Assembly: GCA_051362555.1 (NCBI GenBank)
Contig: CM120642.1
Coordinates: 14,694,001 to 14,758,000, forward strand
Length of the DNA: 64,000 nt
Reading direction: 5' to 3'
Source: Lingula anatina
Taxonomy: Eukaryota > Animalia > Brachiopoda
Positions 46,149 through 60,400 of the stretch are shown one piece after another. The notes beneath the pieces were generated by a model. That model was not told the DNA's origin and ran no database searches. It saw only the letters and a program-made list of their open reading frames with translations. The position numbers and the translations under genes are program-made. Numbering within the stretch: the stretch's first letter is position 1; each line of letters begins with the position of its first letter.

Positions 46149-46315
46149 ATGTACAGCGGGCACATTTTACAAATATTAATGATATGCCTGTCAATATGGA
46201 GTTTCGTTCCTAGGGCTACGGGGGATGAAAAAACGTATGATAGTTCCACAACTGCCAGTTTACCATGGATTGAGACAAGGCAAGATTCTACCATGGAAAT
46301 AACCAGTGCTGCCAG
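46149..46315 (+). CDS. RDL-like exon 1 (signal peptide plus Ser/Thr-rich N-terminus)
   Basis: aca[60 protein letters not shown]|gtaag; phase 2 matches the acceptor at 54738. Confidence 0.78.
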
Positions 46316-49300
46316 GTAAGGTGTGTTCGCTGTACTGTGCATACCTATGGGAGATTTCTCTTTACCACAGGTGCGTGTGATATACTGGAAACTGTAGCTA
46401 TTTTCTGGGTAACAATGCGTGCTCTTATTCACATTATTCCCTTTTCATTTGGAACATAATTAGTGTGATAATTCCGTAGTGTTAAGTGTCCTTAAAATGC
46501 TCAATCAAAGCAAACGCGGTATTCAGTACATTCAATTTCATACCTTTAATGGAATACCTACAATAAAAAGCGCTTTGAACCAATTTTGTGAGACAAATGA
46601 GGCACGACTAATAAAGGAAGTTTTTCATCCATGAAGCCTTTATCTTTGGTAGAACACTCGTTCGGTACAAAGAATCTTTAGAACCCACAGGAATATTAAG
46701 GCAATATGTCAAGCGCTAATATAATTAGCGCCATAAGAGAAATGGAAACGTCATGTCAAAACTTAAACAAACAGGAAATTGTGTGTATAAACTTTATTCG
46801 TTTTGTTGAATTGAAATTCATTATGACTATAATATAAAAAGTGAAATCAAAATTATGTCCATTTATAAATCGAAGCCTCGATCGTTCTACTGCCGGGAAA
46901 CTCCGTGTTAACGTGTATTCCTTAATTAATGTAAAAACACCACAAAAGAAGAAGTCGGTGAAATTAGACTAAACTTTTGTTTTAAAAAGATATATTCCAT
47001 ATAAAACTTCATTCGGTATACAGTGTAAGGTTTTCACAGGTCTAGGTTTTGGTGTGTTTTCCGTGTAATTAGCTAACGGACAGATGACATTTTGTAACTG
47101 CTTTGCCTACAGAATAAATCAATATATAACTATATATATTTTTTTTTCGATGATTTCTTTTAAAATAGTTCTTTCCAAACGATTGCTAAGGTCATGCAAT
47201 TTTACTTAAATATATATGGTCCAATGAGAAATTCTGACGTGCCAAGAACATGCACTTAATCAGTGAGCCATGCTACTGTACATTGTGAAGCGTTTTGTTA
47301 TAATATTTGTTTAACACCTGACCCTACTTCAACAACAAAAATTCGGCCACCGTCTGGTAGAGATGGCTAAGATGATCACGAAACGAGAAAATGCTGGACA
47401 AACATTGACTTTCTGATTTTATCCAACTTTATGAAACACAGGTGGATAACGCTGGTTAACATTTCCTTAACATTTACCGAAGAATGCAACAATTAACAAT
47501 GCACATATGTCCTGAGTGTGGAGAAGAAATGATATATCTGTGAAAGAGTAGAGAAAGGAAGAGAAATTGTAATAATTTGCGTTATTTGTAAAATTGACTA
47601 ACTCCATGCAGGGGTGTTCATGCTCAATAATCACACAGCAAACTAGATATCTTGTTAAGTATATGTACTATGTATTAGCTGCAGGTGATTGCAGCGAACT
47701 ATAGGTACAAAACGCCCCTTTAACTCTGGGATTAAGTCAAGTACATATTTTGGCGTTAATTTATCCTCAGATATCAGTGACCAATAGAGACGTGGATAGT
47801 AAGCAAATAATATAATTGTATATGATGATTTCGTGTGTTTGCATGTTTGCTTTTTATCTATATAAGTACATAGCAAAGGACAAAAAGTCATAAAGTGTAC
47901 AACAGTGGTTTCAACTGCCTTGCGGAAATAGGATTTCTGTTTTAAATCCGTGGTTAGTTTGGAGCCATTGAGGCGAATGATCTCATTGTCCCCTATACAT
48001 ACGTTACATGTTATACAGCGATTGATTGAAGGGCTGTGACGTAACATAAGTATGTGACGTAACGTTGATGAAACTTGACGGGAAACTTAGGTTTATCATG
48101 GCTTACATGCACACAGTGTGTTGATACAAGTGTTTTATGTAGAATAAGAAAAGACACTGTGTTCTTTATCTGGGAGGGAGAGAGAGAGGAGGAAGATGTG
48201 AGAAGTCTTCATCGCGGGTGGTCAATAAAACAACAATTAAACTGACATGATATTCAGTTGTAATTGACAAGATATGCTTGAGTTAAAATATGCCTACCTT
48301 GGGAACCTCTTCGATTTGGTAAACAACACTATACATAATGTGAACTATTCCTACCCCCTACGGTAAAATAAACATGACTACACATATATTCACCGCTGAC
48401 CGACTTAAACATACCTTTTGTACAATTTGTGAAGACGCTTCGACGTCGAAAAATATTTTTTATTTACGTTACAGAAGCAACCGGACAATTATTAAAATCA
48501 CAGCCATTCCTAACCGTGGTATTATAGTCTTATTATCAGTAAAAATTGCGTAATTAAATTTACTTAAGGTACGCTGACCTACTACAGAAGATTTGTTGAG
48601 TCGTATTCGGGGTCATTATCGTTTTCTTTTCATTTCGTTCATGAATATGACTGCATGGAAGACGAGAGAGAGAGAGAGAGAGAGAGTCTGAGAGAGAGAG
48701 AGCGAAGAATGAAATTCAGTCACATTAAGATACCATTTTCATCTCACTGAGCTTAAATTCAGTTTGACTGGGAAAAGATTCCTTTTTCTACTTTTGAAAT
48801 AAAATCAAAGCAGTCCAGGTTTGGAATGCTCTTGTTCATCAGTAAACGTAACGTGACATACCCCATGAAATATGCAGTAATGTACAGGAATTTAATCAAA
48901 ATGCAACCGGAGCGAGATTCTTGATATGTCGTGACTGATTGTTGCCTGTCAATCAAAACAAGTCAATATGCACCCCCCCCCCCCCCCCCCCATATTTCCC
49001 TCTTTAAAAACAGAGAGGAGCACACCGTTATTAGGATTCAGTGGCCACTTTGTGCCCAGGGCTGAAAACGCCCCCTGAAATAAAATAAAAATTAATTGGG
49101 TCTTAGACATGGAAATACGCAACGGGTTAGTGACACGTTTTAAACTCAAAATACATTTACTTTAAAACCAGTCGAAACGGCGCTTACGTTTCATTACAGT
49201 TCTGGTGACTTCTCTTGTATTTTACTTCTGGAAACACGATACAGGGAAAGGCCCCAAAATTTGCTGAGCTCTAGAGTATTACAATCCGTAAAACTGGTGC

Positions 49301-52300
49301 TTGTTTCGGCGTACGTGAACCACCTGGCAGATTCCCATTCTCACATTTTTCCAGGAAATCGATCATGCAAGACAGTGTCTTATTGTAACAGTAACACTGC
49401 TGTTGTATTCTGCAAATGAGAACCGGCATCTTCCCATATGCTGCTCCGTATTAAGATTAACGCCGTGCTAAATCTTGTTGGCTTGAACGGCTTGATACAG
49501 ACGTCTGTAATCGAATATTGTATTCAACCCTTATGTTTCTATAGTTATAATATACCAGAAACCCAAAATAATCAGGTTTGAGTTTAAAAGTGAACATGAT
49601 GGTTTTATGGTTTTGTAAAAACTGGACAAGAAAATTCCAAACTTCGATAACTCTATACTTGGAATTGTCTTTCACATTTCTTTTACTGTTTGTACTTCCG
49701 TAGATTCAGTCTTGCAATGCTCTTTAAAATGTACAGAAAAATATATATAGTATATAAAGCATCTATCTATCTATTTATCTATCTATCTTATTTAAAATTT
49801 GTTACTTTCTCACGCATGTAATCATTTAAGGGTTGTTAATTTGCTCTTTTAAAGTTCAAAGTGGTGTGCTGATCAACTGAACGCCCCATTGTTCTCCGAT
49901 GTAACACTATATTTGTTATTTTTGACTCTCTCTCAATGCAATGAAAGCCCAAATCTTCATTGAAAAGGCATATTTATTCTTGAATTTATAAAGTTACGAT
50001 CTCACCTGACTGTAAGCGTTTGTTGCTGCTCAGGGGTCAAGTATGGCATCCATAGGTCAACAGGCGTTGCGATTTTTATGATGAAAGTTCAGCTAATCGT
50101 TCGGGTTTCATTATCTGCATCACGCACGGGACAGACTAAATATGGTACTTCCTAATTATTTGACAAAGCTATACAAACAAGACACCCTACTCTAATTCAT
50201 AAACATCGTGCTGGACCTACAGTAAGAGGGGAGCATAAACTCTTACACGGGGACCAAGTAGCCACTCAGGGTTCACATTTCATTCAAGCTAGTCCTTTGA
50301 TATTCTGGGCCATATAAGAAAAAAAATTTAAAGTAAGCATTGTTCGTGGCACGTATGAAACCGGTTCATCTTTAAAGAATTTGTCCTCAATCAGTAATCT
50401 TTTCGAATTTTTCTGCACTCATCGCCCTGCGACGGACCGCTATTTTCGGACGTCTACAAGGCAGTTACATTATTAACGAAGGTAATTGGTAAGCAGGTCG
50501 ATACGTTAATTGAGTGGTCCAATTCATGAAAATACGTAACCTCGCTTATTACTAATGGAACAGTAATGAAAAATTAAGATTCAAGCAGACAAATGAAGTT
50601 CGGGGAAAATGCTTCGCAAACCTAAGCTGCTCGTCCCCTCCAGTTAAAAGATTAACACGCCAGTAAGAAACTTGTGATCTAGTTAACAATGATCAATGAT
50701 TAGGCAAGAATAATTGACTCTACTATTTACTCTTTTAATATGATCAAACGGTGAATCGCACAGCATCGGGATCAATAGAAAACACAAAATGCTGGGGAGA
50801 AAAGGTTAATATTATTATGACATAATACCAAGAATTGCAGCAGGGGCCGGCTTTATAATAATATAAAGCCATAATAGTCACCTTTATGCTTTAATCATCG
50901 CGGTTGTTCGTATATTTGTGCAGCTATTAAGTAATGGAGTAGCTTTATCCTCTTACCATTTACGGTAAAGCAGGCGAATTTTCTTTGTCGACTTGGAGCT
51001 AGTATTTAAATTGATTGGTATTGTGTGCCCTGAATGTGAAATGCTTAAAACATATTTGGATGGGATAACTAATTAAAAATAGAATTGCAATATTACATAC
51101 TGAGACTCTCAATACTGAAAGGCGACAAACACTTTCGGTATAAAAATCGATTTGATGAATGCGAAAAAAGCTCTGTCTTTAGAATGAATGCTATTATGAG
51201 GTCAGAAATGGAGTTTAGAAAAGTATCGAAACTCGCAAGGTAAATATACTTGAATTTCTTGTCGCCAACATGTAGGCCAACCAATAAATACACAGAATAT
51301 TAAATGTATCGTCCCTTATATTAAATGTTGAAGTAGCGCAGTTTTACCTATTAGCAGGCGTGACAGGACACATACTGGGTACACTTATATAGTAGCAAAC
51401 ATACCTTTAAAATGGCATGTAACAAACAATTTAAACCAGCTTGTACCAGCACTAATATTAAAAGTTTAGAAATGAAAAAAAAACGCGTTGGCCAACGATT
51501 TTCAACCTGTACGAAACTTAACTTTCGTAGCTATGTTATTTATACCTGCATTCATCCAATAAAGGGAAACACAACAAAAAGTTTCAGTTATAAATGCGTA
51601 GAACTTGCCGGCGCACTAGGATACTTTTTAAGTACATCGATAGCTTATCCAAACAATGCATCATTTTTTGATTATCGTGAGCCAAAGCTTAGTAAGTTTA
51701 CATATGAACAGATAATCGAACGCTTTGCCTGCAAATTTAGCATACGGAAATATAGCCGTCAGTCTACTGGTTTAAGGTGACGTTCGCAGTAGGCTAGGTA
51801 TACAATAGGCTTTTATTTTCATTATTCAATGGAAAGAAGATATGACGTTTTGACAACGGTGAATAAAAGAGTTGGTTCTTTTGGCTGTTTTATAAACGAG
51901 AGGTGGATAATTACTTCATTTATAACTACCACCTCCAATCTACTGATGGATTGTTTGGGATACGGCAGAATAGATCGACTTCCAATGTATAGTAACTTAC
52001 AAAGGAAAATACCATGCGTCCCTCAAGTCCGTAAGGCAAATTGTATCAGGGTATTTCCGAAAAACCAGCTCTTTGACGATCCTCTAGTGAATGGCAACCT
52101 ACGTTTTGCATTAAACATTTAACATATTGTTGATTAAATTAAGTACTTACTTCTGTCTGGGAATGTTTTGATACAATTATGAAGCATGTCTCTGTTTGAG
52201 AAGATTCAAGAACAAAGTAAATATCTGAACTAAAAAAGGTATATTAATATCCTTTTAGGAATATCAATGTTCCTTTTTTAGTTTAGATGTTTAAAATAGG

Positions 52301-55300
52301 TATAATTATACCAAGGAAGTATATTGGTTTTAGGCCTACATACACGTACTATCTTTACATGTATAACGTAGTAAAGTTCTCGGGGTCATTGCTAAATTCA
52401 TTCAATCAAAGTTTCAGCAAATGTTACATACTGTGAATGCAAACGGAAAGGTCAAAATCCCTCAGTACCCAACGCGTTCAGTTAAGCTCAAATTGAAGCT
52501 TATGTGTTTTGAACACAACCGCCCCCTCCTCCCGCGCCTTCATTTGTACGTACATGTCTTAAGGGCGTATAAAATCAAAACTACGAATTAGCCAGTGGCC
52601 ATGATAGACGCTCATATTGGGGAAAACCCAAGCTTCAGCTAATTGGATCGCAATGCATGTACTTCAAACGAACCAAAATACAGCTTTCCTTTGCAATTTG
52701 ACGTCTGAGCAAAATAGTTATTTGATTTGATTTTATTGACTACTCCCCTGCTGTGATGTATTCCCCGTGGAAATTGTGGTTGTTTTCAGAGGATCGTTTT
52801 CCTTTCCTCGAATTGACTTTGGGTTGTTCTTACATTGACAATCACAAACACAGTAAGATTATTTTCTGCATTTGCCTTCTTGAAAAGCTTGTGCTTGAAG
52901 AAGGGTTCCACTTTATACAGAGACTTTTAAATATGTCTTAATTATAAAAATATGACGATTAGGTATGTGATTTAACTCAAAAAGTTTACTCTTTGTGTAA
53001 AAAATCAAGCCTTTTTTTTTGGGGGGGGGCGCGGGGGGTAGAAATGCAATATTCTGTAAATTGCCTTTGTTAATGGGTTGTGCCTTATTGTAGTAAATGT
53101 CACAAGTGATAATCATTATCTTGTAATATGAAATGTGTTGCTGTACTCACAAAGTGGTCAGTAAAGTATAAGAAAAAAGGCAAAGGGCAGTTAAGGGTCA
53201 ATCCATTGATAACTAACACATTTGGCAGCTAAATCAGAATTTTCCACCTCAAGTTAGTAGGAGTCGGGCGACAGTGATGAACGATGTTTTTGCGATAGGA
53301 AAAGGCATCATCGTGCTTGTTTACCAGCATCAAAATGTTGACAAATACCAGGTGAGTCGCCCAGCACCTGAAAGTGAAGCAAGATCAATTATAAAAAAAA
53401 ATAGCATAGACTTCAATTCGATCAGTTGCCAGCGTTTTATTTTGAAGCTTAATATAGCGCGCTGTAATAGGATGAGATGCCACGTGACAGAGTGTCCGCG
53501 GGTGTGTGATTCGATTATCTTTTAAATTGGCAGGATAAGATTCTGGACAGAAACATAGAATTGATACCTGGATCTTGGATGAAGACGCTTGCAGTGAAGA
53601 GGAATTGATACCGTGCAGGCCTATGCCTTGTTACTGTCCCTTTTTGTGAATTTAATCAAGCCTGTATTATTTTTACCAATATCAGGTTTGAAGTATGCGC
53701 AAAATTATTTGTTTTCTAAAGGTCGGACACTGAAAATGAAATAAACTTTGTTTAGTGTTTCGCATACCGAACATATGACTCCAAGGCGTTAGTATCGGTA
53801 CACAGGTACCAGATACATCGTTCATGTAGTACCATACCCTGAAGGCCAATCAGCCTGTTGTAATTTTCTTCTCTCAAAAGGAAATTTAATCGGTACATAA
53901 TCGAGTTATATGAAAATGTTTGTCAGTTAGCACATTTATGGCGTTGTATTGGCATTTTTCTACCTTTGAATGAAATATATTGCCTATTTACGGTGAAGTG
54001 TTTGTTGAGTACCTCTCGTTTACTGACAGGTAAACGCTAGTATTTCCCTCTCCTTATAAAGGTTTATCGCTCCAATTCGGTATTCCAAATTTTGTCACGG
54101 GCCGAGTATCACAAATTATTATTCTTTATGTAATTGGACGACAATTTGAACACGTGGAATTAAAATAACCCAGAGGGGCTTCATTGATTCACTTGTACCG
54201 AAGATCTGTTCAAAGATAACAGTATTGAGCTCTACTGGGAGTCCTTTAGGACACGTATGTCATATGCTTTATTTATTTCACGCGTGTAAACAAATTATGA
54301 GCTGATTGCATCATGTTGTGTACGCATCATTTTCTCTAATTAAAACGTGTCGATTTCTTCAATTAAGAATGTATGTGTTTCATGGGAATGAAATGAGTGC
54401 AGTATCTTCGAGCGGGGTCCGATTTCTTACCGCACCCTGGTCACTGATTTTTGAGTGCGGACAAACACGATGTTGGTAGAATAAGAGAATGATACTAATG
54501 TGACATGGGAATTATTGTAATAAGTGTCGACAAGAACACGTCCTTAACCTTGACACGGGGACAAAAATTTTATAAGTAGTCAGTGTTATCATTTTTGCTC
54601 AATCAGAAAATTCATGAGCAGGCGAGGACAAATCTTAGAACATTCGATTTTCAACTTAAAAGATAAAACGCGTTGAAAGAGTTACTTTATTAAAATTTAT
54701 ATTAATACTTTTTGTTTGTTTGTTTTTTTCATACCAGTTCAACCACCCCGCACCATCCCTCGTACACAGCCACGAATCCACCAAGAGAACAGATGCCGGA
54801 ATACATATATGACATTGGAGACCCGACATCAGACGAGAACGTCACCTACATCTTGGATTCCCTCCTCAAGGGGTACGACAAGAGGCTGAGGCCGAACTAT
54901 AACGGTAAGCACTGGAGGGGAAGTCACGAAACTCAAAAGTTTAAAAGGATGAACGGAAAATGTAAAGTATGTTCATTCATGTATCTTTATCAGTAAAGTG
55001 ACCCCCCTCCATGGGGAAGCTGCAGCGAGTTTTTTCTGTTATCATCTCTAGTGTTATTTTGATGTTTATTGTTATCCTGATTTATTAAGGCATGTTACAC
55101 GCACCTGTACCCACAAAGAGCTATCCCATCAATATCAGAATATATTTATCTTTTTAAATATATTGATTTCTTAAATCAATGAATCAAATTAGGGTTTATG
55201 GGTCTAAGGAACTTGTAGATGTGCGACTATTACAATTGAGCAGTAAAGGCGTTACATAATTTTTATTGATTTTGGTCGATGGTTCATCATTTTGTCTTTT

Positions 55301-57371
55301 AATCGCCAGAATCATTCGCACGAAAAAGGAGCGTCTTGGGCGGAGGGGGGGGGGGGGGGGGGGGGGGGAGAGAGACCTGGTGTAGGCCTATCCTGTGCCG
55401 TTCGCCTATAGCCTGTTTGTTTGTTCAATTGTTCACATTTCATATTTCCTAAGTGGGTACATTTTTGTCTTTAATATATCTAACAAAAGATTTATAAAGG
55501 CTATTCCTAGACATCATGCGACACTTTTACCGACCCGTGTCCTTCTCGGGTTTGTGCCCTGCGGATGATTTCCTTTGATATTGGTGAATGGTTTCCTTCC
55601 TTCCTGGGAGACAAGCGTACAGCAGTTAGTTTTCCTCTCGTCATTTAACCAGACATCGATGTGTTTTTTCTTTGCCCAAGTCTTGTATGCTTTATGGTAC
55701 AAATGGCGTTAATTGTTATGTTTTCCTTGAACCTCGTGCGTATGCTTAACCTTTTATGCAATATGTTGATTGTGTAATTGAGCTGTATTGGTGATATGTT
55801 GTATTCATATAGTTTAACTTTTAACCTCTCCTTTGTGCTCTGCGACTGTTCCGGAAAAAATGGCTGAGCATGTGAATTGTGAAATTATTATTTTACAAAC
55901 CGTATTCTAGGCACTGGTTCTCAAATACATTGATCTATATACTAGTATTTGTTCTAGATTCAAAAAGAAACCATCGATTTTTCACATTAAGTTTATTTTG
56001 ATGATAAAGAAATCATTCGGTCGTTGATTTGTAGGTGTAGTTGTTGTGACCTTTTACTGACAAAAGGAGGAGAACAAATATCTTACTTCAACCTACAGCA
56101 TCTGTGGACCTGGACTTATGTATTTTGTATGCAAGACCACAGACAAATTCAATACCTATCCGAGGTTGTTTTACAATGGACCGAAATATCTTGCAATATA
56201 GTGTTTACTCACAATCAATACCAGAACATTGGGTCGTATTTTAAGCTGCCTCGACCAAAACCTGTTTCAATTCTCTGTACTGCAGGACATTATTAACCGC
56301 ATCGGGTTATTAATTCATCTCTCCGTTTAACCAAGAGAATAGAACCGATTTTTAAGGGGATGCCAAATACCCAGAGGCAATAATGCTTCGTATTTTCTTA
56401 AAATAAATATTTGATGGTACTTCTCTATGTCCGTCGGTTGTAATATAAACAGGGCAACGAATTAGTTGTCAACTGATTTTTGACAGTTCCTCTTAGTCAA
56501 ATAAAAGAAAACAATGCATTATATATCTGAGATGCTTTGAAGTGGAAAACTACTCATTTGAAGGCAGAATTGTTGCAGAAAGATAAGATCAATACGTGTT
56601 TTGCCAGTAGTGTAACACTGACAGCAGTGCCCAAAACCCTTTGTAAGGGTAGTGATTTATTCCTTTTGGCAAACACCTTTAACAGAATTTAGGTGACTGT
56701 CTGAAATCATAGAAAAATATCCTGTGACTCGGAGTGATGCAAGGTTTAAAATAATAATAATAATAATAATAATATTAATATTAAAAAGCAAAGAAATGAG
56801 GTATGCTGTGGGAAAAGTATGTACTCGTGGGATTTTAATAATTGACTCGTAGGGGACCAATGTATTTGAGCACATCCCACTGTCTGGGATTCTGCCAGGA
56901 TGGCCGCCAGTGAAAAAAAAGATAGTTAACGTAGTCGCCACAGACAGCTGTTGCAATAACGCAGTCCACATTGGCAAGTCTGCTACCTCGGGACTGTGCT
57001 AACTTGGATTGACAGGCCGGAATGACCAATGAAATTAAATTTGGTTAATCACATTACATGCTGGATTTCAAAAATATCCTTAATTCAAAGAAACTACATG
57101 CACATTGCCGGCGTTATATAATTTCTTCCCAATGGGTAAGTTTGTCTATCAAATTGCCAAACGTTCGGATGGCGATGATGATTGACTTTCCTTGAAATGT
57201 ATCATTTCTGTGATATTTTTTTCTTAACGGGGGTTGTTAGCTGCTTGGAGCTACTAACGGCGAAACTCAAATCTGTATAACCCTAAAAGGGAATGCTTCG
57301 AGTTTTTAACTTAATCCTCTACTTTCATCTTCCCCACTATCAGTAGGAACTGTTTTCCATGAACGCACACT

Positions 57372-57417
<46 letters not shown>

Positions 57418-60400
57418 AATTACATTAATTCATAGAATATGGAAAGGGTCCAACGTATAGCGGCTCGACGTACAATGCTATTATCTAGCCTGTATGATCC
57501 TTGTAGCACCTGAACAGACTTTATCATTTCTGTCAAATGTAATTATACATGTATATGAAAAAACTTCCGTCCAACCAGTACGTTTTTTCTAAATTTTCCT
57601 AAATTGATATGATTGTTATTTCTGTTTGATGACAACGCCGTTATCATGTCTTTTCAGGCCCCCCAGTCGAGGTAGACGTTAACATGTTCATTTCTACTGT
57701 GAGCTCCGTGTCAGAGGCAGACATGGTAAGTGTGCAGTATAGGATATTATCGACAGGCATTTTGGGTATACCCAAAATGGGGATTCAAAAGTGTCTAAAT
57801 AACGTTCCTAGGTGGTTCCTGTGTCATATTGACGATAGGTAGTGCTGTCACCTGGCGGTCATACACAGCGGCTTAGCCTGATAGGCCCCATTCTCATAGA
57901 CACATCGGTCTACGTGGCTCAACCCAACTGTGTGGGGGTTCTCGCTTAGTGCAATCAGCTTAAAAGATTAACACTCCCATTCGCGTAGAAGGCAGAAAAG
58001 TCGATCATTATACTGTTAAGTTGGGAACAAGAAGAGGCGTTTTGTCATACAGTTGATTGCACTTAGCCAGAGTCCCAACAGAGTTGGGAATGGGGTCTCA
58101 GTGCAACTATGGTCAAACTGACAGAAGACATTTCTAACTTAAATTCTTTTTGTTACTTTTCAAGGAAGTCTTTTTTACAGAGGATTACTACATACAAAGT
58201 GCAGAAACGCAACCTGACAGCCAAATACTAAAGATATAGGCCCTAATGGCACATATCAATATGACTAATAGTTTGCATTGAATTTTACAAGAATAGTCTA
58301 TCCTACAGTTTTTGTTGTCTGACGGACGTCTGAACTAGTTAAAAGAAATGCCTGTATTTAGCAATGATTTTATGCACTCTTAAAAATCATTACCGTTATA
58401 TTGCAGGAACTACAAGCCCCGACTTACGTTTCGCATTATCACGAAACTAGGTGAAAAAATTGCTGTTACCTAATAGCAAAAACTGCTATACTACTATTTG
58501 CAGATCACATGCCATGCTGCTTACATTAATCAACTTGTACAAAACATTATTTAGAGCAATAACACCATGAAACACACTGAGCTCAATCGATATCACCCTG
58601 GTTTACAAAAAGTAGGCCTATTAGTATCAGTTCCAAAACTGACACTTGATTGATGTTTTACGAAATTAGTAAGTCCGATTCGGTCTCCACCATTGCCAAC
58701 TGCACAGTTTAGTTGCCCGCCGGGCACTCGGTCTTACTTGGTGAATGTAACGCTTCGGTTTGCACAGTCGATTCAGTTACTGGTTTAGCAACCATGATTG
58801 AATTGTCATATCTCCCATGGACAGACAGAATCGCTGGTTAGACATCTTCCGCCCTCTTGGAAACAACTGTTTGAATTTCATGCATGATCAAAACTATGGA
58901 CTTGGTCCAATTTTCTTGGGAGAGGGGGAGGTGCGGTATAATGCACTTGGTTCGGAAGCAGTACATTTTCTGTGCTGCTGTAGATTGAAAATTGGATACG
59001 AAAAAAGATGTAGCTTGCTTTAGTGGGTTCGATACGTTATCAAGGTCTACATTTGGCAAAATAGCTTTTTTCCATATGTCTTATATGTAAAATACTTATA
59101 TCTTGAGATAAAAGAACAATAACAATTAACCCTTTCAGAGCCAAAACCCCCTTTTTGTTGTTTCATTCACCACCTCATGCACTTCTGCGCATAGGGTGCC
59201 TTAACCGTCAGTTTTGCTGCTTTGTAAATTGGTGTGAGATAATGACCGGTTTCCGATATAACTCAGTAACTATGTCAGATATTACCATGAAAATCAGCTT
59301 GATCGTGGACTAGTGTGTGAACTAAAATCCGGCGTCAATCACGATATTGCATAAGACATATTCATTATTTCGACTCTTTTATTGATAAAATCAGACGCAA
59401 GCCTTTCAATAAAATTCCCGCATTGTAGTAAAGTTATTGTTGTGATAAAATAGGCCTTAAAATGGTGTTGATAGCTGTGAGGTGAGTAGGATCTGTTTAA
59501 AATCGAAATTATCCCCCCCCCCAAAAAAAAAAAAAAAAAAAAAAAACTCCGCTGTTACATGTACGTCATCAACTCGGTTTAGCAAATTCACCCCATGTAT
59601 TTTTGATGCAACAGCATTATCTCATAACACACCAATGTTTATTTCCACATTATCTTATTATTATAAGCGGATAAGTAAAAAGCCCTCAATACCCATTAAA
59701 AGATAAAACATTAGTTGTGTCGAAGTCTCCGGTCAAGCGGAAAATGCCTGTCGCTCATACGATTGCCTTTATTTGAACATTTTGGCGAGTGTGATGTGTT
59801 AAAAAATCGAAAATACAGTCTTTACCCAAAGATCTCTACTGTTACATATATGTCACCATCTTGAGTGAGCAAATTCACCCCATGTATTTTTAAAGCAACA
59901 GCATTATCTCATAACATAATAATGTTCATTTCCACATTATCTAAGCGGATGAGGTAAAAAAAAAAACTCGACTTCCATTAAAAGATAAAGCATTTATTGT
60001 GTCAAAGCCTCCAGTCAAGAGGAAAATGCCTGTCGCTGATCCAGTAATCGTTTTTAGAAATTTTTAGTAAGTGTAATAATTTAGACTGGATGTTGCGGCT
60101 TCAAGGTGGTTACAGACGATTATGCTAATGCAACACACCAGCGTGATAACCGTTTTTATTTCCACAACGACGAATCAAATCAACCCGTTCTCAATTCTGT
60201 CGTGGTCCTTGTATAATACTTCACTTTTTTCCTTTTATTTTCTTAACGTCAGAGTTTGAAAGGAACAAAAATGAAACATTTTTCTTGTCAGAGCGTGCTA
60301 CTGGAACTTGGAAACAGTTGTTTCAAAAATCAATCCAAGCTTTTCAGTCTTCCTTTGAGATGCGGGACTCCCAGAAAATGAGTTTGTGCGATTCACTGGA

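Noticed and set aside
53590-53690. Hydrophobic stretch [24 protein letters not shown] as the RDL signal peptide
   Set aside because: No in-frame ATG, upstream stop, and a phase-1 donor that does not match the phase-2 acceptor at 54738.
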